Source: a virus (Duplodnaviria; Caudoviricetes). Taken from it: 64,000 nt of DNA. The translations under genes and the position numbers were made by a program. Below, one piece after another: positions 38,308 to 47,896 of the stretch. The stretch's first letter is position 1. Each line of letters opens with the position of its first letter. The notes under the pieces are model-generated. The model did no database searches, was not told the origin of the DNA, and saw only the letters and a program-made list of their open reading frames with translations. The stretch is taken from the IMG/VR virus record IMGVR_UViG_3300029288_000144, positions 13,464 to 77,463 of that record. One strand, written 5' to 3'.

Positions 38308-39507
38308 TTATATCCTCTTTGAACTATTTAGCATTCCTTCTATCGAACCATCGTTTATTGATTTGTGATAATACGGCATCCGTTCAAATTCAACAGTATT
38401 TCTCTTCAAATAAATTTTAGCAAATGTAAGATAATCATAAATCTTTTGAATTCTATCATTTACATCCGATAAAGATGGGTTATTTTCAACCGTGTTCACT
38501 ATGACTACATTTCTTGCTAAAATATATTTACATATCAAAATATCTCGGTCGTCCATAGTAAATGGAAATTGTATTTTTTCTATAAGCCCAGAGATGAGAA
38601 CATCATCTTTTTGTATTTTTTTCAAGTTATTTAATTCTCGACCAAAAGATTTATCAAAACTTATATTTCTATTCTTTTCAAAAATTATAAAGTCGCCAAC
38701 AATATCTCCATTTAATATCTTTGTTTTTAATATTGCCGACAACTTTTGGCAGATTTGCCTTTTTGTTTGAACATCTTTTTTATCAGCTGGTTTGTGCCAA
38801 ACATGGTCAACATAACATTGTTTTGCCGCCATAAGAATATTATTACCCGTTCTATATAAACAATCCGAAATAAAATTATCTTCACCACCCCAAGAACCAT
38901 CAAATTCCGGGTTAAATACTCTTGGCATTCCCGATATTTGATAATTTATTTTTTTACATAATTCGATTGCTTGTTTGTTAAAAGCCAAGTTACAAGAATA
39001 TGTAAAAATTGATTCTAATGTGACTCTACTTGAAATTAACAGTCTGGCGTTCTTATCAGTAAACGAATAATCATTACCCCACATGTTATTGATTCTCTCA
39101 TCTTCTTCTCGTTCTCCGGCTTCCGTCAGCATTACCCGACGACCACATGAAACCGCTGGGATTGATGATTGATATAAACACTCGTCATGTAGTTCTACTA
39201 ACTTATTCCCCGGAAGACAGTCCCCATCTGTAAAAATTATATTATTGTAATCTGGATAATTTTCAACAACATAATTGATACCAAAATCCCTAGTCATCCC
39301 TGCTGAAAAGTTAACTCCTTCGTTTTTTATCAAGCATCTGATGTTTAAATCTGTTTTTGATGATAAGAATATAGCTCTTGAATCATCTGAACATCTATCA
39401 AAAACAAATAACAACAAATCCGGTCGTTTAGTTTGTTTTTCATAGCAGCTTATAATTTTTAAAATATTTTTACCTTGATTGTGCGACGGAACAATAACAA
39501 TATTCAT
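38308..39507 (-). CDS. glycosyltransferase family 2
   Basis: IVIVPSHNQ, FDRCSDDS, R..G, FTDGD (DxD), WGGED, HVWH. Confidence 0.85.
   Translation of the reverse strand: MNIVIVPSHNQGKNILKIISCYEKQTKRPDLLLFVFDRCSDDSRAIFLSSKTDLNIRCLIKNEGVNFSAGMTRDFGINYVVENYPDYNNIIFTDGDCLPGNKLVELHDECLYQSSIPAVSCGRRVMLTEAGEREEDERINNMWGNDYSFTDKNARLLISSRVTLESIFTYSCNLAFNKQAIELCKKINYQISGMPRVFNPEFDGSWGGEDNFISDCLYRTGNNILMAAKQCYVDHVWHKPADKKDVQTKRQICQKLSAILKTKILNGDIVGDFIIFEKNRNISFDKSFGRELNNLKKIQKDDVLISGLIEKIQFPFTMDDRDILICKYILARNVVIVNTVENNPSLSDVNDRIQKIYDYLTFAKIYLKRNTVEFERMPYYHKSINDGSIEGMLNSSKRI
38325..38331 (-). promoter_or_regulatory. T4-like late promoter CTAAATA
   Basis: followed by GTTCAAAGAGG SD; inside GT2 3' end. Confidence 0.6.
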
Positions 39508-39519
39508 AAAACCTTTCTA

Positions 39520-39903
39520 TCATATTGATATTTTTTTGTTATAACTAACTTTGATTTTGGCTTTGTTTATTATAAACGGAACGCTCAAAGATAATGAATG
39601 CTCTCGTGTGTTTATATTCAACCGGCAATCTTTAGAAATCACTGTTATCCTTGGTTCAAATTTATTCAAGGACGCTATTAAAGAATCGAGAAGACGTTCC
39701 CCATTTTGTGTTGTGATATTACGAAAAACCGTCGCCATTAAAATTGAACCAAACTCCGGCTCAAACACTCTTTCTCCAGGAACCGTTAACAAAATGTTTT
39801 CAACAGATTGCAGAATTGCTTTCGAATCATAAACATCAGATTGAGTTAATGAGTCTTTTGACAAATCAATAGCATAATCCGATATTTCAAACCTATTAAG
39901 CAT
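39520..39903 (-). CDS. baseplate wedge subunit (gp25-like)
   Basis: AILQSVENILLTVPGERVFEPEFGS, FEPRI. Confidence 0.92.
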   Translation of the reverse strand: MLNRFEISDYAIDLSKDSLTQSDVYDSKAILQSVENILLTVPGERVFEPEFGSILMATVFRNITTQNGERLLDSLIASLNKFEPRITVISKDCRLNINTREHSLSLSVPFIINKAKIKVSYNKKISI

Positions 39904-40918
39904 TTTGGAAATCCTCAGTGTAAAATACCGTCACTTTTCGTGTGTTTTTATTTTCTTCTGGTTTCGTTACATTTGTCGTATCAATCGGTGTGTTGTTGGA
40001 GATTTGAAAATTAGTATTGTCTTTTTTTATTTCGGATTTTACAGAATTAAATTTTTCTTTAGAGTCGTTAGCATCATCCGATAATTGTTTGAAAATATCT
40101 TTTGTGTTGTCTAAAGTTGTTGTTAACGAATTTAATATCTTTTCTTTTGATACTGCCCACGTTGAAGACAAAGATGTTAACGACGGTCTTGGCTTTCTTT
40201 CACAATCCATTTTCTGACCAAAATCATCTAAAAAGTTTTTTGTAGATACCGAAAAATCACAAGCAGCGAACGCACAATCCATAAAAGGCTCAACATCCTC
40301 ATTGATTATTTTCAAAATCTGCGACATTAAGGCTTCGTATTCGGCAATTTTTCTTTTAATCAACCGTCCAATGTAATGAGCATTTAACCAGTAATCAGCA
40401 TCTAAATATTTTTCAAACTGCTGAAGATATGCTAATAATGAATTTATAATGTTGTCTATGTAATTATTCAATAGTGTCGTTGTTGACAATCTACAAGCAA
40501 TATATTCAAATAAATCATAGTTACTGTTTATTGTAACTCCATAAATTCCCAAAGATTCTAATGTTTGTTGTTTAATCGGATTTGGTCCGAATATTTCATT
40601 AGCTACCGATTCAGGAATAACACCGAATTCTATCAACTTTTTAATAGCTGGTAAACAAGAATATAACAATGAACAAAAAGATTTCCGGGCTTTAGAAGCA
40701 TCCGTGTTTCTCATTGTAAGATAAGATTTTATTAGGTCGGAGATTTCTTTTGCGTATTTAACAAGAACGTCATTTATTATATTTTTTAATTTTTGAACAA
40801 GCTGTCGTATCTGGTCTAATATTTTTTTGGGTATGTCTTTCAGATTATTCAGTAATGTTATTAAAGAAAACCAGGTGTCTCTTAAGATGTCACAAACATT
40901 TTTCTCAGCATTACTCAT
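39896..40918 (-). CDS. hypothetical late helical protein
   Basis: 340 aa, late promoter 5 nt upstream of ATG. Confidence 0.7.
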   Translation of the reverse strand: MSNAEKNVCDILRDTWFSLITLLNNLKDIPKKILDQIRQLVQKLKNIINDVLVKYAKEISDLIKSYLTMRNTDASKARKSFCSLLYSCLPAIKKLIEFGVIPESVANEIFGPNPIKQQTLESLGIYGVTINSNYDLFEYIACRLSTTTLLNNYIDNIINSLLAYLQQFEKYLDADYWLNAHYIGRLIKRKIAEYEALMSQILKIINEDVEPFMDCAFAACDFSVSTKNFLDDFGQKMDCERKPRPSLTSLSSTWAVSKEKILNSLTTTLDNTKDIFKQLSDDANDSKEKFNSVKSEIKKDNTNFQISNNTPIDTTNVTKPEENKNTRKVTVFYTEDFQNA

Positions 40919-40923
40919 ACTGT

Positions 40924-40930
40924 TATTTAG
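40924..40930 (-). promoter_or_regulatory. T4-like late promoter CTAAATA
   Basis: exactly 5 nt upstream of ATG 40918. Confidence 0.6.
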
Positions 40931-41421
40931 AGTCTGAACTTAGTTTCGTCTTCAATTTCCGTTTTTGAATTGGTTGTTGCTAACCCTGAAGAAAAAGCAG
41001 GTTCTCCAATAAGCGACGATAACGTAGTTCTCAACAAAGCAATTTCATTAGCAAGACGAACAATTGCCGAATGAACATTATCTACACCATTAAGATTCGT
41101 GTTTGTTGATGTGTTTTGAAAATTAACATTAACTGCCGAATCAACTGAACCGGAGAATCCATCTCTCAAATTTGTCAGAACTGATTTTGTTATAGAATCA
41201 ACAATGACTTCGATTGGAACTGCCGAATTAGGAACTTCTAAACCGTTTTTGTATTGGAGAATATTTCCTGGAACTGTTGGATTTACCGCATCGCTTGTTG
41301 AAAGTGCGGACGTATACAATCCAGAATCAACAAGATTTGATATCGCGTCTGCATAAACTGGATTTGTTGGGGTGGCTCCATAATATCTAGCAACTACTTT
41401 TTTAACATCTACCGACATCAT
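40927..41421 (-). CDS. hypothetical virion protein
   Basis: 164 aa, coupled to gp5-like gene. Confidence 0.6.
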   Translation of the reverse strand: MMSVDVKKVVARYYGATPTNPVYADAISNLVDSGLYTSALSTSDAVNPTVPGNILQYKNGLEVPNSAVPIEVIVDSITKSVLTNLRDGFSGSVDSAVNVNFQNTSTNTNLNGVDNVHSAIVRLANEIALLRTTLSSLIGEPAFSSGLATTNSKTEIEDETKFRL

Positions 41422-42881
41422 TCCTCCAAAATATTGTTAAAACCGCCGGACGGACCTATTAAATCAAAATATGTTGTTTTATTGGTTGGATCGAGTAATG
41501 CTTGAGCTTCGGCTGTTGGTATTTTAAGGGTATGTAAATTGGATTTTCCTTGTGGGGAATTTAAGTCTAAAATTGTTCCAAATACTGGACTCTTAAGATG
41601 TTCTCCGTAAAGAGTAACGACATCTTCTATCTTTTTATCATAAACAACATTTATGCTATCTATAGATTCTTTGATTTCCTGAGCCATTTTTTGCTGAGTA
41701 AACGCAACAGCAGCAGGACCAGCGACCGCCATCTTCGTCTTTTCTGTAACCGAATTATATTTCTTTGTTATTTCTATTATTGAATCGGAAATAGCTTTGC
41801 CCCGTTCGGTTTCTATAATCGTTTTCATACGAGTAACTTCCGCCGTCTTAATAACATCTGTTGTTTTTATTGCTGATTTTCCTGTTACTTTTCGCCCTTG
41901 GTGTAAAGCTCCAGTAAGCGGGTCGAATGTTATGGAATTGAAAGGGCCACCAAGAATAGACGGTTCTACAGTCATCAACGGAACACCAAACTCGCTTCCA
42001 ACAGTCATTTCAAAATTTTTTGCTTTTTCCATCGCGTCCGTATCAGGAACTCCGCTAATATTAACTATATTAGTTGGTCCTGTAGCAATATCAAAATTTA
42101 TTTCATTAGCCAAAACATCACACGATAAAGTTTCAATTGAACATTTATCTTTTGCTGAAATCTTTGTTTCTCCACCAGCGATAATATCACAATTGCCATT
42201 TACCGCAATTTCTGCATTTTTCAAACTTTGTATCTTTGTTGAACCATTGTTTGTAATGTTCATGTCACCAAATCCCGAAAGATTAAAGTTGTTTGTGAAA
42301 ATGTTTATATTCCCATAAGGATTTGTGATATTGAAATTTCCTCTAAGATTCAAAGTTAAATCACCAACATCTGTAGAGTCTGTTGTTACTTCTATAATTC
42401 CACTTTCGAATATTTTAACAAAAACTCCATTATGCGTCTTTAATGAATATTCTCCTTTAGCTCTGTTAAATTTAGAAAAATCACCTTGTTCTGTTTCCCA
42501 AAAAATCATACTGTTTGGGTAATCTTCATTCTTATCGGATTCAAAATTCTGATTAGATAAATCCATCGTTTTTGAATAATATCTTGGTTGGTAAATATCC
42601 CCATCATCAAAATAAACATTAACAACCGTCTTCTCTTCCGGGACAATAAACGAACCTTTCGCGCTTCCGCAAAAATTAAAATCTGGGAGCGACCACGGCA
42701 ACAATTCTGTTTCTATTCCATCATACAGTCCCATTACACGAATACGACATCTACCGTTTCTTTCCGGGTCGTTATTATCTTCTACAACTCCATTATATCT
42801 TTGACTGTATCTATTTGCAGGCCCATCATCAACGAAGTCTCTTAATTTTTTAATAAGTGTTTGTGGTAATGTCTCTTTCAT
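41418..42881 (-). CDS. baseplate hub/central spike (T4 gp5-like OB fold, no lysozyme domain)
   Basis: YNGVVEDNNDPERNGRCRIRVMG..LPW..GSFIVP...VNVYFDDGD..PRY; beta-rich C-terminal half. Confidence 0.88.
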   Translation of the reverse strand: MKETLPQTLIKKLRDFVDDGPANRYSQRYNGVVEDNNDPERNGRCRIRVMGLYDGIETELLPWSLPDFNFCGSAKGSFIVPEEKTVVNVYFDDGDIYQPRYYSKTMDLSNQNFESDKNEDYPNSMIFWETEQGDFSKFNRAKGEYSLKTHNGVFVKIFESGIIEVTTDSTDVGDLTLNLRGNFNITNPYGNINIFTNNFNLSGFGDMNITNNGSTKIQSLKNAEIAVNGNCDIIAGGETKISAKDKCSIETLSCDVLANEINFDIATGPTNIVNISGVPDTDAMEKAKNFEMTVGSEFGVPLMTVEPSILGGPFNSITFDPLTGALHQGRKVTGKSAIKTTDVIKTAEVTRMKTIIETERGKAISDSIIEITKKYNSVTEKTKMAVAGPAAVAFTQQKMAQEIKESIDSINVVYDKKIEDVVTLYGEHLKSPVFGTILDLNSPQGKSNLHTLKIPTAEAQALLDPTNKTTYFDLIGPSGGFNNILEE

Positions 42882-44131
42882 TTTTTAACTCTTTTCAAAT
42901 CTTTTTGTATCATCTCGTCATTTTTTATGTTGAACCCATTCCGAAACAAAACTAAAACCATTGTATACAAACCACCATTGTATATGTTGTGATAAATTCC
43001 ACCAACTAGATATTCTCCCGAGTGAATTTCGTCTATTCCAACTTTTCCAGTTTCTATATCAAATTGTTTTATAAACGACACGTCAATTTTATCCATTAGT
43101 TGTATTTTTAGATTTGGAGAAACTGTTATTGTTGTATAATACGAAAACATCATTTTTTTAAGATACTTGTTTTGATTATAGGCTAACAAATAATTATCAT
43201 GAACATTGGAATTCTGCATGTTGTAGTTTATACTATCATACATTTTTCCTTTTTGATTTCTCTTGTTAATCATGTTTGTAAATGGAGCATAATTAAATGT
43301 TAAATAGTGGTCATAAAAATCAGTTCCATCAAAATATGTAAAATCAAAACCATAACCACCCGTTCTATTTTCAATTGGCATATAATCATTAAACGTATAA
43401 TCACTCTTGAAATACAAAACTTCGTCTCGTTTAGTTTCGCCTATCAAATCTTGTATAACTTTATCTTGATTTCCAGCATCAATCGACAACATATCATTAT
43501 TAAATGCTTTGAACTTTGTCTTCTGAGAACATTTTGTTTTTAATGTAGTATAATGAAAAGTATTATCTTTTGTTGAATAAAATATAGGAATGTCTTTTTC
43601 TTGGTAATAAGCTCTTTCTAAAACATGTTTAATAAAATTAGAATCGTTCACACTTATCTGATACCAAATCTGAGAATCATTTGATATTACATCTTCAACA
43701 TAAGTTAATTGCTTGTTCTTTGAAACAACCTCACCAATAACTTGAGAAGAAGGACCAACATAAGCTGTCTGGTCAACTTCTCCAAACATATAATCCGTTT
43801 TTTGAATAGCTACCAAACTAACAAAATACATGGCATTCCCAGCGGTGTTCTTCTTTGCGACCTTGCTGCTTAAAATATCAAATTCGATTTCTACAGGATT
43901 CTCTTCTTTATCTTTAGCTAAAATTAGTTTGAGATACGAACCATCAACTATTGGAGAAATTTCAACAAAGGTTCCATTATCAACAAAATCCAAATCCAAT
44001 TCAACCGCTGTGTCGAAGATAAACTCTCTCAAAGAAAGAGATTGAATCATTTTAGATAATAACTCAACACCATCGATCATCACCCGACAATAATACTGCG
44101 AACCTTCAATGTTGGTGTCTTGACGAATCAT
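42878..44131 (-). CDS. baseplate hub protein (gp27/Mu gp44-like)
   Basis: position between gp53- and gp5-like genes; WYQI..D..FIKHV, FYST, SGEYLVGGIYH. Confidence 0.7.
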   Translation of the reverse strand: MIRQDTNIEGSQYYCRVMIDGVELLSKMIQSLSLREFIFDTAVELDLDFVDNGTFVEISPIVDGSYLKLILAKDKEENPVEIEFDILSSKVAKKNTAGNAMYFVSLVAIQKTDYMFGEVDQTAYVGPSSQVIGEVVSKNKQLTYVEDVISNDSQIWYQISVNDSNFIKHVLERAYYQEKDIPIFYSTKDNTFHYTTLKTKCSQKTKFKAFNNDMLSIDAGNQDKVIQDLIGETKRDEVLYFKSDYTFNDYMPIENRTGGYGFDFTYFDGTDFYDHYLTFNYAPFTNMINKRNQKGKMYDSINYNMQNSNVHDNYLLAYNQNKYLKKMMFSYYTTITVSPNLKIQLMDKIDVSFIKQFDIETGKVGIDEIHSGEYLVGGIYHNIYNGGLYTMVLVLFRNGFNIKNDEMIQKDLKRVKK

Positions 44132-44490
44132 TTATTAAAATTCCTAGCAAAACTAAAAAACTCATCAATGTCTTGTTTGCTAGGAATATTTATATACTCT
44201 GAAATCTTAACCGCGTCAGGATATTGTGTTTCTTGTTCATCATCAACAGCAACATCATTCCAGATGTCTTCTATTTCTGGATTACATTTTAAGATAATCC
44301 ACCAATAATCTGAAACTCCGAAGAACTTATATGAGATTTTATCTGGACGCATATAGTCATCATATTGAAGTTTGTATTGGGTAAATTCATCCTTGAAAAC
44401 ATATGAAGAAAATGCGCTGTTAACTAAATCCCTTTCCATAAGAGAATCTATTACTTCTGGTTGAAAATAATTTGTTCTTGAGTATTTCAT
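44128..44490 (-). CDS. baseplate wedge subunit (gp53-like, LysM-type)
   Basis: MRPDKISYKFFGVSDYWWIILKCN. Confidence 0.85.
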   Translation of the reverse strand: MKYSRTNYFQPEVIDSLMERDLVNSAFSSYVFKDEFTQYKLQYDDYMRPDKISYKFFGVSDYWWIILKCNPEIEDIWNDVAVDDEQETQYPDAVKISEYINIPSKQDIDEFFSFARNFNK

Positions 44491-45440
44491 GGGGATTGTG
44501 CTATTCCCGCTGCTTTTTTAGCAGCATCCCAAACAGTTTTTGCCTCGTTAGTTGAAGCATATCGTATAGCAATATCAGTTTCTTGGTCTATAACAACGCG
44601 ACTTCCTTGATATTTGTTTACAAGAAACCCAGGTCCAAATATTTCAATTTGTTGATTGGCTGAATCCTCTGGAAGATACATTGCTAAAGAAGAATATAGA
44701 CTTTCAACACCCAAATCAAAATCAACATATGTCGGATATTTATTATTACCCGACTTTGTAAATTCTTTAGAAAATGTAAAATCTACACTTGTTAAAACCA
44801 TTTCTGCTTTCTTAAAATACGAGCCAATACTAACTTTTAGATGCGGTGGCATTTTTGTTGTAGTATTGTCTGTAATACTTTTTAATGTATTTAATCCAAC
44901 ATCTCCTACATTCGTCACATCTTCTGCTATTTCTGCCGCCCCTTCTCCAATAATTTTACTACCTTCTCTAAACAAAGCACCAATAATAGCTAACGGGTTG
45001 TCCTGAAGCATAACATTATTTCTGGCAATTATTGGAAGGCAACACTTTGTCAACAAGTCGCACCTCGCAATAACATTTGGGTCATCATACGCTCGAAATT
45101 TTAAATTCAAAGAAACATACGATTTTCCCGGATTAAACATTCTCTTTGAACCATAGCCAGAATAAAATCCCGTATTCCTTTGAGTTAGGTCTTTGAACAC
45201 ATTAAATGCCAACATATCCGGGTCGCTCCAAGAAAGAATATTATTGTATTCCGCTTTAACAGAATAAGTAAAAGCATCTTTCATAAATCCTTCAATTGTC
45301 GCTAACGGTTTTCCATCTATATTGTTTGGTGGCATTATATCTATAACAATTTTGTGTTCCTGAGCAGCTGCCAACTGTTCCGGCGACCGAACAGGCCCCG
45401 TTCCATCAGTTCCTTCGTGTCTGTAAATACTCCAACTCAT
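44487..45440 (-). CDS. baseplate tail-tube cap/initiator (gp48/gp54-like)
   Basis: PPHLKVSIG..LTSVDFTF..PTYVDFDL; position. Confidence 0.65.
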   Translation of the reverse strand: MSWSIYRHEGTDGTGPVRSPEQLAAAQEHKIVIDIMPPNNIDGKPLATIEGFMKDAFTYSVKAEYNNILSWSDPDMLAFNVFKDLTQRNTGFYSGYGSKRMFNPGKSYVSLNLKFRAYDDPNVIARCDLLTKCCLPIIARNNVMLQDNPLAIIGALFREGSKIIGEGAAEIAEDVTNVGDVGLNTLKSITDNTTTKMPPHLKVSIGSYFKKAEMVLTSVDFTFSKEFTKSGNNKYPTYVDFDLGVESLYSSLAMYLPEDSANQQIEIFGPGFLVNKYQGSRVVIDQETDIAIRYASTNEAKTVWDAAKKAAGIAQSP

Positions 45441-47896
45441 TCGTCACCACCAAATTCCATTTTAACTACATTGGCTAAAGCTGGCATGAAAGTATTTATC
45501 CAAAAATTAGAGTCCGAATAAATATCATATTCTTCAATTATTTCTGGAGTTGTAGTTTTTATATTTCCTGATTTTGCTTCAGCACGTATCTTATTTGCGT
45601 AATACTCAGGCATAATGATTTCGCCCTTGTGAACAAACGCATCTTGGTCTTTATCAACATTCCAAGCACCAACCGAATACGAATTCATATAAGAAACATC
45701 AACATTCATTTTTTTGCTTGCCCATTGATAAATATCCGAAACGGTTTTCGCTATACCATTGGAATAAAATACATCGGGATTACTTGCTGCGGATTCGGGC
45801 AATATATCAGCAGCAATAGTATCTGGAGAAGATAACGCAGTTTTAATAAGTTTTGGACCACCACCAGGCCCAAGAAAATGTAATAAGTAAATATGCGGTT
45901 CTGTTATAGACAACCCACGGCGCTTAAGAGTATCCATATTATCTTTTATATAAGTAGCCCCCATTATAGCGTTTGCTTGTGGGTCCGTTCGTTCGGCTTT
46001 ATCGGTCAACCCAAATTGTTCTCCATATTTCTTTAACTGCCCACGCCACGTTCTTCCTGTGAATTGAAATAACCCCGTAGCCGAAGAGGTTTTGGCTTTT
46101 ACTCCTGTTTGGAAACTTGATTCAACATGAGCAAATTTAACAAGCGTTTCTAAAGGGATCCCGGTTTTTTGAGAAGCTTCTAAAAGATGATTTTTAACGG
46201 AGGAATATCTGGCACCGATTTCTGTTTTTTGAATAGAAGACAATATGTTCGCGGTTTTATATTCTTTTCCGGGGGCGATTGTTCCAGCAGTATTAAAAGT
46301 ATTATCAGATGGTGCAGAATTAGAACCTCGCCTATCAACTCCAGAACTAACAGAAAAAATACTTCTGATTTCTTTTATATCAGCTAGAAAACTCTTAAAT
46401 CTATTATCTATTAACGATTCTTCTCTTCGTCCTTGTTTTTTTAATTCGGCTTTAGCATCTTTTATTTTTTGTTCTTTTTTTCTATTATTTTTAGAATTAG
46501 GAACATATGTTTCGGCTTGATGCTCACCAACCACATAGGTTTTGTTTTTTACAACAGGACCACCACTTCTTCTTGTTGAAATATTAACTTTTCCAACATT
46601 CGGAACAACCATGAAAAGTCTACCATTATCCATGACGATTTCTCGAATTCCATGTTTTGTGTTTAATTTGTATGTTTGTATTCCCGGAAGTTTTGGGTCA
46701 GTAGATCGAATGATAGGATTTTTATTCCCCATTGCCGACAAATATTTTCCAGTTGACGAATCTACAATAGGCTTCCATTCATTTCCTGTATTATATTCCC
46801 AATAGATATTTTTATAATCTTTGAAGTTTGGGCGAAGTTGAACAAGCGTCCCTTTTTGTTTTTCTGTATCAATTAAATGTTCTGTCTTTGCTACCTTTTC
46901 TCTAGCTTCTCCGACATATCCACTCGTTCTCCCTTTTGTTTCTCTCATCGAATCTGAAACCATTGTCATTGATGTTCCAAGAGCAAATAAAGCAATTCCT
47001 AATGGTCCAGGTAAAAACGAACCAACAACATTGATTGTATTTCCAAAAACATTCATCAGAGTAGAAGAAATCGCACTCTGAGCACCTAGTTTATCACCGG
47101 CATCATTAAACTTTTTATAATGAGAAATTCCTGTTTTGATAGATTTGACCATATCATAAATTGAATAAACAGCACCAACAATAGGTAATGCTTTTGTTCC
47201 TACTTTACCAACACCTTTTACAATTTTTGCTATTCCGCCAAGTTTTCCAATTCCTGGAAGTTTTAGTTTCTTTAATAAAGACGCGATTGCTCCACCGCCA
47301 AGAAATGACCCAATTATACCTTTTATATTTCCAAAGAATCCACCACCCGATTTATCTTCTTTGACATCTTTCGTTTCAAAATTTGGACTATTTGAAAGAT
47401 TTCTATCAATTCGCTTCAAAATAGCTATCTTTTCTTCAAACATATTACTAACGTCATCAGTTCTGTAAAAATCTTGTGACGATTGATGTGAAGTTTGTTT
47501 CTTAACATTTTCAGGAAGATTGATGTTCTTGAATGAAGCGTTTTGAATTGTTAGATGAGGAAATAACAATTTTGTAGATGCGATTTTTATAGAAGATGTC
47601 TTTTTGTCTTCTGTAACTATTTCTTTTTTTGGTTTTGACGAATGAACTAAATTTGTTATTGATTTTACAAGTTTAGTTTGAATAGATTTTAATTTGGTTG
47701 ATTCTTTTTTGCTTGTTTCTTTTTTGCTTGTTTCTTTTTTTCTTCCAAGAACACCACGAAGAATCAAATTCAACTTTTCGAATTCATCTATCTGAGAATC
47801 AACTATCTTGTTGGTCTTTTCTAATTCAGTAAACACCTGTTTGTTAGCTGTCTGAAGCCTAGAAAATTCCGCGTTGAAAAATGTTCTTATATCCAT
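45437..47896 (-). CDS. tape-measure-like protein with lytic transglycosylase domain
   Basis: AHVESSF..AKTSSATGLFQFTGRTW..R..P..N..MGA.Y..Y..HFLG SLT motifs; GGPV..YVVGE motif. Confidence 0.75.
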   Translation of the reverse strand: MDIRTFFNAEFSRLQTANKQVFTELEKTNKIVDSQIDEFEKLNLILRGVLGRKKETSKKETSKKESTKLKSIQTKLVKSITNLVHSSKPKKEIVTEDKKTSSIKIASTKLLFPHLTIQNASFKNINLPENVKKQTSHQSSQDFYRTDDVSNMFEEKIAILKRIDRNLSNSPNFETKDVKEDKSGGGFFGNIKGIIGSFLGGGAIASLLKKLKLPGIGKLGGIAKIVKGVGKVGTKALPIVGAVYSIYDMVKSIKTGISHYKKFNDAGDKLGAQSAISSTLMNVFGNTINVVGSFLPGPLGIALFALGTSMTMVSDSMRETKGRTSGYVGEAREKVAKTEHLIDTEKQKGTLVQLRPNFKDYKNIYWEYNTGNEWKPIVDSSTGKYLSAMGNKNPIIRSTDPKLPGIQTYKLNTKHGIREIVMDNGRLFMVVPNVGKVNISTRRSGGPVVKNKTYVVGEHQAETYVPNSKNNRKKEQKIKDAKAELKKQGRREESLIDNRFKSFLADIKEIRSIFSVSSGVDRRGSNSAPSDNTFNTAGTIAPGKEYKTANILSSIQKTEIGARYSSVKNHLLEASQKTGIPLETLVKFAHVESSFQTGVKAKTSSATGLFQFTGRTWRGQLKKYGEQFGLTDKAERTDPQANAIMGATYIKDNMDTLKRRGLSITEPHIYLLHFLGPGGGPKLIKTALSSPDTIAADILPESAASNPDVFYSNGIAKTVSDIYQWASKKMNVDVSYMNSYSVGAWNVDKDQDAFVHKGEIIMPEYYANKIRAEAKSGNIKTTTPEIIEEYDIYSDSNFWINTFMPALANVVKMEFGGDE

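Noticed and set aside
45437-46300. SLT domain as the endolysin
   Set aside because: Fused within a tape-measure-like protein in the baseplate operon, so more likely virion-associated.
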